Shown one piece after another: positions 46,301 through 54,409 of a stretch of DNA of 64,000 bases. Source of the stretch: a virus; IMG/VR virus record IMGVR_UViG_3300042197_000370; one strand, 5' to 3'. Numbering within the stretch: position 1 is the stretch's first letter; every line of letters begins with the position of its first letter. The position numbers and the translations under genes were made by a program. The notes under the pieces were generated by a model, which did no database searches, was not told where the DNA came from, and saw nothing but the letters and a program-made list of their open reading frames with translations.

Positions 46301-48132
46301 CCAGTTATATTTGCACCAGTAGATGTAACTGTTAATACATTACTTGTACCAGCAACAGATATAGTCACGTTACTATTGGCATCTACAACAACATTACTAT
46401 TACCATTAACAATTGATGCGCCATTGGCTGTGTTAGAACCTGTAACAATTAATTGACCTCCTTGAGGATTGGTCAATATTAACGCTGAAGAGTTTGCTTG
46501 TAATGTGGCAGCACCTAAATAAATTGTGCTATTTGCTAAGTAAATGTCTCTAAATCTATTAGTGTTATTACCTAAATCATATGTAATATTTGCGTTAGGT
46601 GTAATATGACCACCAACAGTTAATCCAGTTAATGTGCCGACACTAGTAATGTTAGGCTGTGCATTTACGGTTACAGTGTTTGCGGTATCTGTGCTTACTG
46701 CATAAGTTGCATTTGCTACAGTACCAGTTACGTTAGCACCTGCAAGATTTGTTAGTCCCGAACCATTACCTGTAAAGACACCTGTATTTGCAGTAACGTT
46801 TGGCGCAGTAATGTTTCCACTTACGTTAAGACTTGTTAATGTACCAACACTTGTAATATTTGGTTGAGAATTTGTTGTCAATGAGCCTGCTAATAATGAG
46901 CCTTGAACAAGACCTGCGTTTGCATAAACGTTTCCAGCCGTTACATTACCGGTTGTCGCTAATGAAGTTAATGTACCAACACTTGTAATGTTGGGTTGTG
47001 CATTTGTTGTTAATGTACCTGTAATGTAATTTGCAGTAACTAAGTTACCTAAATTAGCATTGCCAGATGTAATATTTCCCGTAACATCTAAACTTGTTAA
47101 TGTGCCTAAACTTGTAATATTAGATTGTGCAGCCACAGTAACATTACCAGCATATGCCGCAAAGTTAGCATTAGCCGTAGTACCGGTTATGTTAGCACCT
47201 GGTATATTTGATAAGTTTGCACCACTACCAATAAAGTAATTCGCTACTACTGCATTACCTAAATTAGCATTACCACCTGTTATGTTACCTGTAACATCTA
47301 AACTTGTTAGTGTACCGACGCTAGTAATATTTGGTTGACCATTAGTAGTTAATGTGCCGGTTAATAAACTTGCACCAATTGTGCCGCTATTTGCATACAC
47401 ATTACCAGCAGTCACATTACTTGTGAATACCCCTGCTGCCGCTCCAATGTTCCCAATATTAGCATTACCTGTTACACTTAATGCGCCACCGGTTGTTAAA
47501 TTACCACCTGTAATGTTGCTTGTAGCAGTTATACTACCGCTTGTTGATAAATTACCAACTGTAGCAGTACCCTGTACTCCTAATGTTCCTGTAATATTTG
47601 CATTGATTGATACTGATAAATTACCTGCACTACTCAAATTACCTGCTGATAAATTGGCAGTTATAGTTGCATCGTTAGAGTTTAAATTACCTACATTAGC
47701 ATTATTAGTTACGAATAAGTTGTTAGATGATGTTAGAGCAATATTGGCATTGACATAGTTTGCAGTTAATGTTCCGTCGATAGTGATATCAGTAACGTTA
47801 GCAATACTTGTCGGTAAATCTATGGTGAGTACATCGCTTGAATTTGTTAGTGAAGCATATGTAGCAACGTTATTACCTACTCCGATACCAATGCCTAATG
47901 TACTAGTTTGTACTTGTACGCAAGCAATGTTGGCTGTAACAATAACGTTACCAGTTGGACTGTTTACAGTAATACCCGCGCCGGGAGTTTTATTAATAGA
48001 AGAAACTGCCTGATTACCCAAACCAGCAAATACTTCTGTAAAGTTTTCCTGTACTTTTTGAAACGCGGTTCTTATCGCATCTGCGCTTGGATCATCAGGG
48101 AAAGAACCAAAGTCAATATTTCGTTGTGCCAT
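43399..48132 (-). CDS. Long tail fibre protein
   Basis: N-terminal DAIRTAFQKVQENF baseplate-anchor motif; about 14 QPNITSVGTL-type repeats. Confidence 0.8.
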   Translation of the reverse strand: MAQRNIDFGSFPDDPSADAIRTAFQKVQENFTEVFAGLGNQAVSSINKTPGAGITVNSPTGNVIVTANIACVQVQTSTLGIGIGVGNNVATYASLTNSSDVLTIDLPTSIANVTDITIDGTLTANYVNANIALTSSNNLFVTNNANVGNLNSNDATITANLSAGNLSSAGNLSVSINANITGTLGVQGTATVGNLSTSGSITATSNITGGNLTTGGALSVTGNANIGNIGAAAGVFTSNVTAGNVYANSGTIGASLLTGTLTTNGQPNITSVGTLTSLDVTGNITGGNANLGNAVVANYFIGSGANLSNIPGANITGTTANANFAAYAGNVTVAAQSNITSLGTLTSLDVTGNITSGNANLGNLVTANYITGTLTTNAQPNITSVGTLTSLATTGNVTAGNVYANAGLVQGSLLAGSLTTNSQPNITSVGTLTSLNVSGNITAPNVTANTGVFTGNGSGLTNLAGANVTGTVANATYAVSTDTANTVTVNAQPNITSVGTLTGLTVGGHITPNANITYDLGNNTNRFRDIYLANSTIYLGAATLQANSSALILTNPQGGQLIVTGSNTANGASIVNGNSNVVVDANSNVTISVAGTSNVLTVTSTGANITGTANVTGNISAGNANLGNAVVANYFIGSGANLTNIAGANVTGTVANATNATVANTVDILNTNGLTTTFYPTFVENRTTGQTVRADVDLTYRTDINTLTTGNLTATGTVTGATLAGSLSTASQPNVTSLGTLTGLGVNGTITAANVNANTGVFTGNGAGLTSLAGANVTGTVANATYAVSAGSANTAGTVTTASQSNITSVGTLTVLDVSGNASFTGANIYISNLANFRIPGGTSGYTIKTDGAGNLAWGADTAAAAGSNTDVQFNDAGSIGGTSGLTFNKTSNLLSVFGGLTVNNTSATVNFVNTANVSLGSVSNLRITGGSSNTVLTTNGSGGLSFTAFAGTPPGGPNGAVQYNSSTVYTGEAAFAYNDSTNTLTVDNVTLVGSGSLTGGNLVSANFITGTLTTASQPNITTVGTLGNLIVSGNINTGNISGNGYNITNINGANVSSQVNNAVVAGTVYTAAQPNITSVGTLTSLAITGNVSAGNANLGNSVVANFFTGTLYGAANSATLAGHVTDNSQPNITSVGSLTSLIVNGNINAGNIAGGNLVSANFFSGNGSALSAITGANVTGTVANATFATSAGSATTAGTVTTAAQPNITSVGTLTGLTVSATITGSVSGSAATAGTVTTAAQPNITSVGTLSSLNVSGNVSAGNLNSTTGVVASTLTSNVSTGTAPITVTSTTRVANLNVSYANVSDFNGVSTVSTGTYYLMMGNVVTGNVALSGNTVFAANAANGSITATTFVGALSGAATSATTAGTVTTAAQPNITSVGTLTGLGVNGTITGVNITANTGVFTGNANGLTSIPGANVIGTVPSATSATSATTAGTVTTAAQPNITSVGTLTSLTSSGNISGANVIATAYHIRSVGTGISAAGSTQGTATAITKEMNIVSTVSSGQGVVLPTAVAGMVVTITNTSANSLLVYPASGGAINSLAANAGYTQQAGGTIQFIAPTTTQWYTVGATYA
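43760..47350 (-). repeat. Dispersed intragenic fibre repeats [AS]QPNITSVGTLTxL
   Basis: 14 copies counted in the translation. Confidence 0.85.
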
Positions 48133-48151
48133 GTCTAATCACCTTATTTTG

Positions 48152-48158
48152 TATTTAT
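48152..48158 (-). promoter_or_regulatory. Late promoter motif ATAAATA for the fibre operon
   Basis: Upstream of the AAGGTGA RBS and ATG 48132. Confidence 0.55.
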
Positions 48159-48183
48159 CGTATTTTTCATAAAGGCGTTAGCC

Positions 48184-48211
48184 AAAAAAATACCCGAGTT
48201 TCCTCGGGTAT
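48184..48211 (-). terminator. Intrinsic terminator
   Basis: ATACCCGAG-GAAA-CTCGGGTAT followed by T7 on the minus strand. Confidence 0.85.
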
Positions 48212-48232
48212 CTGAAAGGGTATAAAATGAAG

Positions 48233-50479
48233 TTATTTTATACCACTAAGTGCTTTCCATTCATCTAACGGATCAGCACCCTCTTTTATATTGGTTCGAG
48301 CCTCATCACCTGCAAGAACAGGAACTGTCTGTTGGCCAGTAGATTTCTTCTTGTTTAATCCACTTGATATGACATTCATCATAAAATCAATGTCTGCTTC
48401 GAATGTCTCTTCTCTAAACTCATCAAGCGACTGACCTGCATCATTTGCCCATTCATTTACAGTGGTTGTCTTATTTTGCTGGGCTCCGGCTGCTAAAGCC
48501 TTATCTTCTTCTGCTTCAGCATTCTCGTCTGCTGTAGTTTCTGCGGCACCACTATCTGGTGGATTTGCTTCTGCGACTTCACGCTTAGGAACCGTGCCTG
48601 CCAACTTTTGAAGTTCTTCCATGTCTGTTTCTGCAACTTGTTCAAGTCTTTGGTCATCTGTTTCTACTTCATCGACCATTTCTGCGCTTTCATCACATTC
48701 GCAGTCAGCACTTCCACATGCTTCGCATGGCTCATCATGACCATGATCTTCGTGTCCTTCTTTAGAACCCTCTTCACTTTCGTAATCATGGACTTCTGAA
48801 CCCTGCTCCATGCCGGCTATTTTCTTCATCAAGCCCATCATACCGTCATGATCACCAACAACTTTGATACCACCGTGATCTATACTTGAATCACCTTCGG
48901 GTGCGCCATAATTGCTTGCAGGACCACCGTCACCAAACAAACCTAAACCGGCTTGTTTAATGAAACTCAATAGTTGCTCTGCTTCACCATCTTGTGCTGA
49001 TACACTAACAGTGTCAGGCATACCTTGCTGACCCTTGCTAATAGATACGCTCATTCCTTCAGTAACTTCTTCACTCTCTGTTAAGAGTGCGTTAAGTTGA
49101 TTATCAAGTGCTTCAAATGCAAATGCACCCTCTTCTTCTAATGAACTAGTATCTGTAAATGTCTTACCACCTACAGTAAACTTTTCACCCTTTTCTGCTT
49201 TTGCTAATGCACCAGTAAATGCATTGCCTTCTTCCATGTCTGCTTCCATAGCAGGTTGTGCGGCTGCTTGCTGAGCCATACCACCTGTTGTTGCTGGTGG
49301 AGTTGCTGGTGCGCCAGGTACCCCTGTCTCACCTACTAAGCCCTGTACAGGCATAACACCGTAGCACTCATCAAGACCTTCTTTGAAGCCCTCATGATAG
49401 CAACGTGCTTCATCCATATCTTCGTAACGGCAATTGTAACCCTCTTTAGCGAGAGCGTGTGCCTTACCTAAAAGTCTTGCGGCTGTATGTTTATGCATGC
49501 TTTCGTTTACCTTCTTTTTCTTTTTATCGTCAGCAGCCTTTTTCATTGTTTCTTTCTTATTGCCATCTTTATCTAAATCGATATAATCTGGCTTTGCTGC
49601 CTCTTCTACTTTTTCCATGTCCTTAGTAACTTTCTTACCCATCTTTTCAGCCTTATGATCTTTCTTCATGGCTTTCTTATCTTCTTTGGCTTCGAAAGTT
49701 GATTGACTACGACCAGCACCTAAACCTGCTCCCATATCAACTTGGTCGCTAGGAATATCTGCTTCTTTCAGTTTACCTAATGTCTTAGCAAGTTGTGCTT
49801 GCTTTTCTGTCTTAGCAGGAAACTTATCTTTGTTTGCTAATACTTTGCTTGCAAATGCTGAAGTTGACATACCATGTGACTTTGCTTTCTTAGTGAAAGC
49901 ACCTGGATGCTTAACTGCTTTTTGAATCCACTTATCGCCACCTTCTTCTGCCATCTCTTCTTTACCAGTCATTGTGACTTCGCCTTTTGCTACTGAACCT
50001 TGCAATGCTTTAATTTTGTCAGCAGGACCTGTTGCTACAACCTTATTGCTTGCAGGGTCAACTAATTGAGTTGCACCTGGTAATGGCTTGACAGCAAGAG
50101 TTTGACCAGGAGCCGTAGCCTCTTCAATCATCTTCTTATCCATCATTTCAAACCAATCTTTGAGTGTGTGCTTCTTACCAGGAAGTTTATCAAGTTCTTT
50201 ACTCTTCTTTGGCTTATTACCAATCATAAAGTCTTGTAACTTCTTAGCGTTATCATATTTCTTAACTTCACCTGAATCATCTGCACCTTTCTTAGGACGA
50301 CCGCGACCTCGCTTTGCTGCTGGCTCTTTCTTATCGTCTTTCTTTTCTTCACCTTCTTCATCGGTATCGTACTTACGGCCATAACCACCTGGGTCAGCCT
50401 TGTGTACACGACCTTTATCAGTCTCTTTAGTTGCTTCTGAAAGAAGGCTTAGTTTCTCTAACATGTCTTTGAAATTCAT
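48233..50479 (-). CDS. Putative prohead core / internal head protein
   Basis: Leader ends LLSE; highly charged; AT-hook KRGRGRPKK, DLDKDG motif, many x-x-E sites. Confidence 0.6.
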   Translation of the reverse strand: MNFKDMLEKLSLLSEATKETDKGRVHKADPGGYGRKYDTDEEGEEKKDDKKEPAAKRGRGRPKKGADDSGEVKKYDNAKKLQDFMIGNKPKKSKELDKLPGKKHTLKDWFEMMDKKMIEEATAPGQTLAVKPLPGATQLVDPASNKVVATGPADKIKALQGSVAKGEVTMTGKEEMAEEGGDKWIQKAVKHPGAFTKKAKSHGMSTSAFASKVLANKDKFPAKTEKQAQLAKTLGKLKEADIPSDQVDMGAGLGAGRSQSTFEAKEDKKAMKKDHKAEKMGKKVTKDMEKVEEAAKPDYIDLDKDGNKKETMKKAADDKKKKKVNESMHKHTAARLLGKAHALAKEGYNCRYEDMDEARCYHEGFKEGLDECYGVMPVQGLVGETGVPGAPATPPATTGGMAQQAAAQPAMEADMEEGNAFTGALAKAEKGEKFTVGGKTFTDTSSLEEEGAFAFEALDNQLNALLTESEEVTEGMSVSISKGQQGMPDTVSVSAQDGEAEQLLSFIKQAGLGLFGDGGPASNYGAPEGDSSIDHGGIKVVGDHDGMMGLMKKIAGMEQGSEVHDYESEEGSKEGHEDHGHDEPCEACGSADCECDESAEMVDEVETDDQRLEQVAETDMEELQKLAGTVPKREVAEANPPDSGAAETTADENAEAEEDKALAAGAQQNKTTTVNEWANDAGQSLDEFREETFEADIDFMMNVISSGLNKKKSTGQQTVPVLAGDEARTNIKEGADPLDEWKALSGIK

Positions 50480-50496
50480 TTTGTTGGTCCTCTAAA

Positions 50497-51117
50497 TTAA
50501 GCCATTGCGCCAGTCTTTGGCTTAGGCGGTCTTGAAATCTTACTCATTGGGCTATCAGGAAAAGTCTTGTCATCCAAATAAGGTTTAAATGGATCAAAAG
50601 CGTTAGGTGTTTTCTTAGCATCAAATTGCATTTTCATCTTACTATCTTTAGTTTGAGTCTTAATGCTCTTTAAATAACTATCACCATATGCCTTGCTTGC
50701 TTCTTTAGCACCTGCTTCCTGTTCTAACTTCTCATGTGTTAGTACAGGGCTATGTGACATTTGATTCTCATACCCTTCAACTTCTTTGTTAATGCTATCG
50801 TTATACTTGCTATCGATAACACGAACCATATCAACATTGTAGCCTAACAATTGTGCCATCTGCTGAATCATAGGTTCTGTTGCTGGATATCTGAAATTAG
50901 CCTTAATGATTGTAATTGGTTGATTTGAAACATTAGGGAAACCATATGGATCCTTTTGTATAGGAGTCGTTGTAGGCTCGCTAATGTCAATAGGGTCAAA
51001 TTTCTTCAAGTTGTACTTGAACATATCTAACCAATTCTTATCAACTTCACCAGCAATTTTAATGGTGTAGTTATAAGTCTTTATGCTTTCAGTAATGTAT
51101 TGTTTAAGGCTTTTCAT
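50497..51117 (-). CDS. Putative head-associated protein
   Basis: CTS-like MKSLKQYITE; ATAAATA at 51137-51143. Confidence 0.6.
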   Translation of the reverse strand: MKSLKQYITESIKTYNYTIKIAGEVDKNWLDMFKYNLKKFDPIDISEPTTTPIQKDPYGFPNVSNQPITIIKANFRYPATEPMIQQMAQLLGYNVDMVRVIDSKYNDSINKEVEGYENQMSHSPVLTHEKLEQEAGAKEASKAYGDSYLKSIKTQTKDSKMKMQFDAKKTPNAFDPFKPYLDDKTFPDSPMSKISRPPKPKTGAMA

Positions 51118-51145
51118 AATAGATTCCCGTGTCTAATATTTATCA

Positions 51146-51625
51146 TTATTCTTGATTTTTACCGTTCAGTATTTTAAGTAATTCGTTACGGTCTAGTGCT
51201 TGGCCAGCACCTAAGGGTACGTTTTCTACTTCTTTATCTTTGTCAGCAGACTTCGCATCTAATGCGGCCTTCTTTAATTGAAGTTCAATCATCTTTAACT
51301 TCTTGTTAAGTTTAGCAGTCTTTGCAGTAATAGCATGACCCAACATAGTTCCTGCTACTCCAAATATTTCAGCACTGAATCTGCTATCGACTTGCATGCC
51401 CAAATCCATTAGGTCTTTATAACTACTAGTTGCTAAGTCAGTTAGTGCATCCATTTCTGAATCTGCCGCATCTAATCCCTTTACTTGCGGTAATGCGTTT
51501 TCTATCTTCTCTAAACTATTCAATGCTTCTTTAGTAATACCCTCTACTAACGGAGCCTGTAACTCATTTACCGATTCGGTTTCTGTAGTTGGAAGGTCAA
51601 AAAGGTCTTGAAGTTTTTTAGTCAT
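51146..51625 (-). CDS. Helical hypothetical protein, possibly terminase small subunit-like
   Basis: All-helical about 160 aa in the head cluster; CTAAATA-5 nt-ATG (51631-51637). Function speculative. Confidence 0.4.
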   Translation of the reverse strand: MTKKLQDLFDLPTTETESVNELQAPLVEGITKEALNSLEKIENALPQVKGLDAADSEMDALTDLATSSYKDLMDLGMQVDSRFSAEIFGVAGTMLGHAITAKTAKLNKKLKMIELQLKKAALDAKSADKDKEVENVPLGAGQALDRNELLKILNGKNQE

Positions 51626-51637
51626 ACCGTTATTTAG

Positions 51638-52075
51638 TTACCTTTTTTTACCTTGATAGAAAAGGTCATCTTCAGTTATAACTCTAAACGTGTATCCTTG
51701 ACTCTTGCAATATGCCATAGCAGCCGCCCATTTAGCATGATTAATTGCTACAACCATTCTATCTCTAGCACTTGCTACTCTGCTTTCTATAAGACTTTCT
51801 TTTTTAGGTTTAATTTCTACTACTTCTGCTATCTTCTTCCCAAACTTATTTTCGTATACAACGAAAAAGTCAGGGACATAATTTGTGACCTTACCTGTAA
51901 TTGGATGCTTGTAAGGTATACGCATTGCTTCGCTAGCCCAATATAATACGTTCTTATGTGAATCACAGAACGTCATAAATGTTAATTCCCAACCCGAACG
52001 GTACTTAGGATTATGTTTCCCTATGTACTTGTGTGGATTTTTGGGTGTATATAAACCCTGTGCCCATTTAGCCAT
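51638..52075 (-). CDS. Head completion nuclease (T4 gp4 / TnsA-N-like)
   Basis: YRSGWELTFM.FCD, WASE..RIPY, YVPDF, EIKP. Confidence 0.82.
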   Translation of the reverse strand: MAKWAQGLYTPKNPHKYIGKHNPKYRSGWELTFMTFCDSHKNVLYWASEAMRIPYKHPITGKVTNYVPDFFVVYENKFGKKIAEVVEIKPKKESLIESRVASARDRMVVAINHAKWAAAMAYCKSQGYTFRVITEDDLFYQGKKR

Positions 52076-52076
52076 T

Positions 52077-52439
52077 TCATAAAACTACGTTACGGGCTAC
52101 ACTTTGATTTGGCTTAGGAACTATTCCTATACCATATAGTGATGTTTTAGATTTAAATCCGTTTAGATAATAACAAAGAGTTTGATTCATTTCTAACTTA
52201 TTCTTAGAGCCTTGAACTGATTCTAATAGTGCAATGACTGGTACACCTGCTTCCTGTGCTACTCTAAAAAATACTGCTGTAAAATTTTCAGCAATGTTTT
52301 TAGTGTCGCATACACCTAAGAAGTATGAGTATACTAAATCAAACTCAGAAGCATTAACGCTTAAGTCTGTTGAATAGAATGAATCAAATATTCTTACGGT
52401 CTGATCCAAATCGGTTCTGTTGTCTATAATTTTTCCCAT
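52077..52439 (-). CDS. Hypothetical structural protein
   Basis: ATAAATA-5 nt-ATG (52445-52451). Confidence 0.65.
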   Translation of the reverse strand: MGKIIDNRTDLDQTVRIFDSFYSTDLSVNASEFDLVYSYFLGVCDTKNIAENFTAVFFRVAQEAGVPVIALLESVQGSKNKLEMNQTLCYYLNGFKSKTSLYGIGIVPKPNQSVARNVVL

Positions 52440-52458
52440 AACAATATTTATCTACTAA

Positions 52459-53685
52459 TTAAGCACCGGTTCCCGATTTAGGGGCAGTAGTTGTCATGTT
52501 ACCTGCGACAGGCTCTTTAGATATTGTTGTTGGTTTAGTTAATGCACCAACTGGCGGGGCGCCTGCTGTTCCTAATACGTTTGGTGTTGCACCTGGTATT
52601 GGGAAATTGAACATAGTGTTTCTTGTTGGTGATGTTAATGGAGATCCTTTTGGAATACCCCTTAGGTATTGAATAAAGATTTGCTCTAATTCAGTCTTAA
52701 CAGTTTGTTGTAATTTAACGTTTTTATTACCATAGTAAAGTCTAGACATGTTAATAACATCAACTAATGTTATTTGATTGTTTCTAGCCTTCTCAAGAAA
52801 ACCGCCAATTGCATCTAAGAGTCCGTTTGGACCAAATACGTTACTATTAGATCCTGGTCTTGATATAGGACTGAGTTTTCTGTCGTAGTTTTGCTCTAGA
52901 CCGAATCCCTTAACAATGTCGCTAGGTGAATTACCATCTAATGCGCCGTAGTTATATACTACAGTTTCATAATCTACACTCATTGTATTCTGCATGACAC
53001 CTGAATTTTCAGAATAGTTGTAGGTGTCATGTGAGAATGATGTTATAATAGGATTTATTAAAGTATATGCGGTGAACTTATGTTGATAAAAACCAAATAT
53101 GTTAATTGTTCTAAAGAACGCAGGTTTAGTGGGTGCTGCATTAGGTTTAGGTGCTCTTGTTTCACCTATATAACCCCAATCATCGTTACCACTAATTGAA
53201 TTAATATATTGTGTTCTTACATTGTATTGTGTATCACCACCTGTTACAGCACCACCTCTGACACCTCTGAATAAATCAACATCAGGCTTTGTACCATCTT
53301 TGTAATAATATGTATAATATGCTTCCCAAAGTTTTGTTATTGTACTTGCATTATCATCATGAAAATTAATACTAACAGGATCATACTTGATTTTAGTTTG
53401 TACAATGCGTTTACGATTATATTGATTGAGTTGTAGTGTGTTAAAATTATATGCTGGCAGTTTAACATCTTTGACTAATAAGCCAAAGTTGGTACCAGTA
53501 CCGAGGCCAACAGGATAAGCCTCGGTATTGATATCAAAATAAACGTGAAATAAAAACTTTAACTTAGGAGCATTCTGATATAGATTGGTCCTAAAAGTTT
53601 TACTTGCGTGGGTAAAGTCTCTAAGGTAATCGTTGCCGAAGAAACCTCCGGCAACGTCCCTAAGAAAGTTTGACAACTGCGCCAT
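52459..53685 (-). CDS. Tail tube-like baseplate protein (gp48/gp54-like)
   Basis: N-terminal tube fold (VKDVKLP, YDPVSINFHDD, MSVDYE); adjacent to the tube gene. Confidence 0.6.
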   Translation of the reverse strand: MAQLSNFLRDVAGGFFGNDYLRDFTHASKTFRTNLYQNAPKLKFLFHVYFDINTEAYPVGLGTGTNFGLLVKDVKLPAYNFNTLQLNQYNRKRIVQTKIKYDPVSINFHDDNASTITKLWEAYYTYYYKDGTKPDVDLFRGVRGGAVTGGDTQYNVRTQYINSISGNDDWGYIGETRAPKPNAAPTKPAFFRTINIFGFYQHKFTAYTLINPIITSFSHDTYNYSENSGVMQNTMSVDYETVVYNYGALDGNSPSDIVKGFGLEQNYDRKLSPISRPGSNSNVFGPNGLLDAIGGFLEKARNNQITLVDVINMSRLYYGNKNVKLQQTVKTELEQIFIQYLRGIPKGSPLTSPTRNTMFNFPIPGATPNVLGTAGAPPVGALTKPTTISKEPVAGNMTTTAPKSGTGA

Positions 53686-53704
53686 GTAATAATCCTAAAG
53701 ATTA

Positions 53705-54337
53705 TTACGCGCCAACGCCAGATGCCAAATCGCCTAATGTTCTTCCGATTGCGGAACCAACACCAGAGCCTAATGGAGCCTGAACAGCGTTGTCATAAGC
53801 AATGCTTAATGCGATTGTTACGGCATCATTTGTACCATAATTTAGAGTATTGTAGTTTGCACCCTTAAGGAAGCAACCATACAATTCCCAAGTCTCTAGT
53901 ACTCTTGGTGCGGCTGTACCATTACCACCATCAAGAATTTCGATGTTAGTTTGGAACTTATAATCATTACCTGCTGATGCAGATGCTTGTTCAACAAAGT
54001 CCAATTGCTTCTGTAATTGTTGACCAACAGCCTTTGAAACGGTGCCGCTTGCATCATCACGGATATTGATACTCATATCAGCCCATGTGTGCTTACCAGC
54101 AAGTTTAATTGTTGAGTTGTAAACTTGCAATGGAATTTCAGCAAACGTTAAGTTTGGACGTGAGCAATCAATTACTTGTTTAGTTAGTGCGAGGCCACCT
54201 GTAGCATCAACTCCGAAGTTACTGAAAATAACTCTAAAGCGATACTGTAGTTTTGGCATTAACAAGCCTTGGTTACCAGTTCCTCCATCGGAACCAGAAA
54301 CTGACATGTTGATTAGTGATTGTGAGGCTACTGCCAT
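53705..54337 (-). CDS. Tail tube protein (gp19-like)
   Basis: KLQYRFRV, RPNLTF, KLAGKHTW, WELYGCF, IAYDNA; follows the sheath gene; ATAAATA at 54360-54366. Confidence 0.85.
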   Translation of the reverse strand: MAVASQSLINMSVSGSDGGTGNQGLLMPKLQYRFRVIFSNFGVDATGGLALTKQVIDCSRPNLTFAEIPLQVYNSTIKLAGKHTWADMSINIRDDASGTVSKAVGQQLQKQLDFVEQASASAGNDYKFQTNIEILDGGNGTAAPRVLETWELYGCFLKGANYNTLNYGTNDAVTIALSIAYDNAVQAPLGSGVGSAIGRTLGDLASGVGA

Positions 54338-54374
54338 TTTTTAATCTCCTGTTATCTTTTATTTATCTCATTTT

Positions 54375-54398
54375 GATTGGGTGCCGAAGCACCCAATC
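54375..54398 (-). other. Stable hairpin between sheath and tube genes
   Basis: GATTGGGTGC-TTCG-GCACCCAATC with no U-tract on the coding strand. Confidence 0.7.
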
Positions 54399-54409
54399 TA
54401 TCTTACTGC

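Noticed and set aside
43793-48013. Long Val/Ala/Pro-rich plus-strand ORFs over the fibre gene
   Set aside because: Antisense reading of Thr/Gly/Asn codons lacks stops by composition
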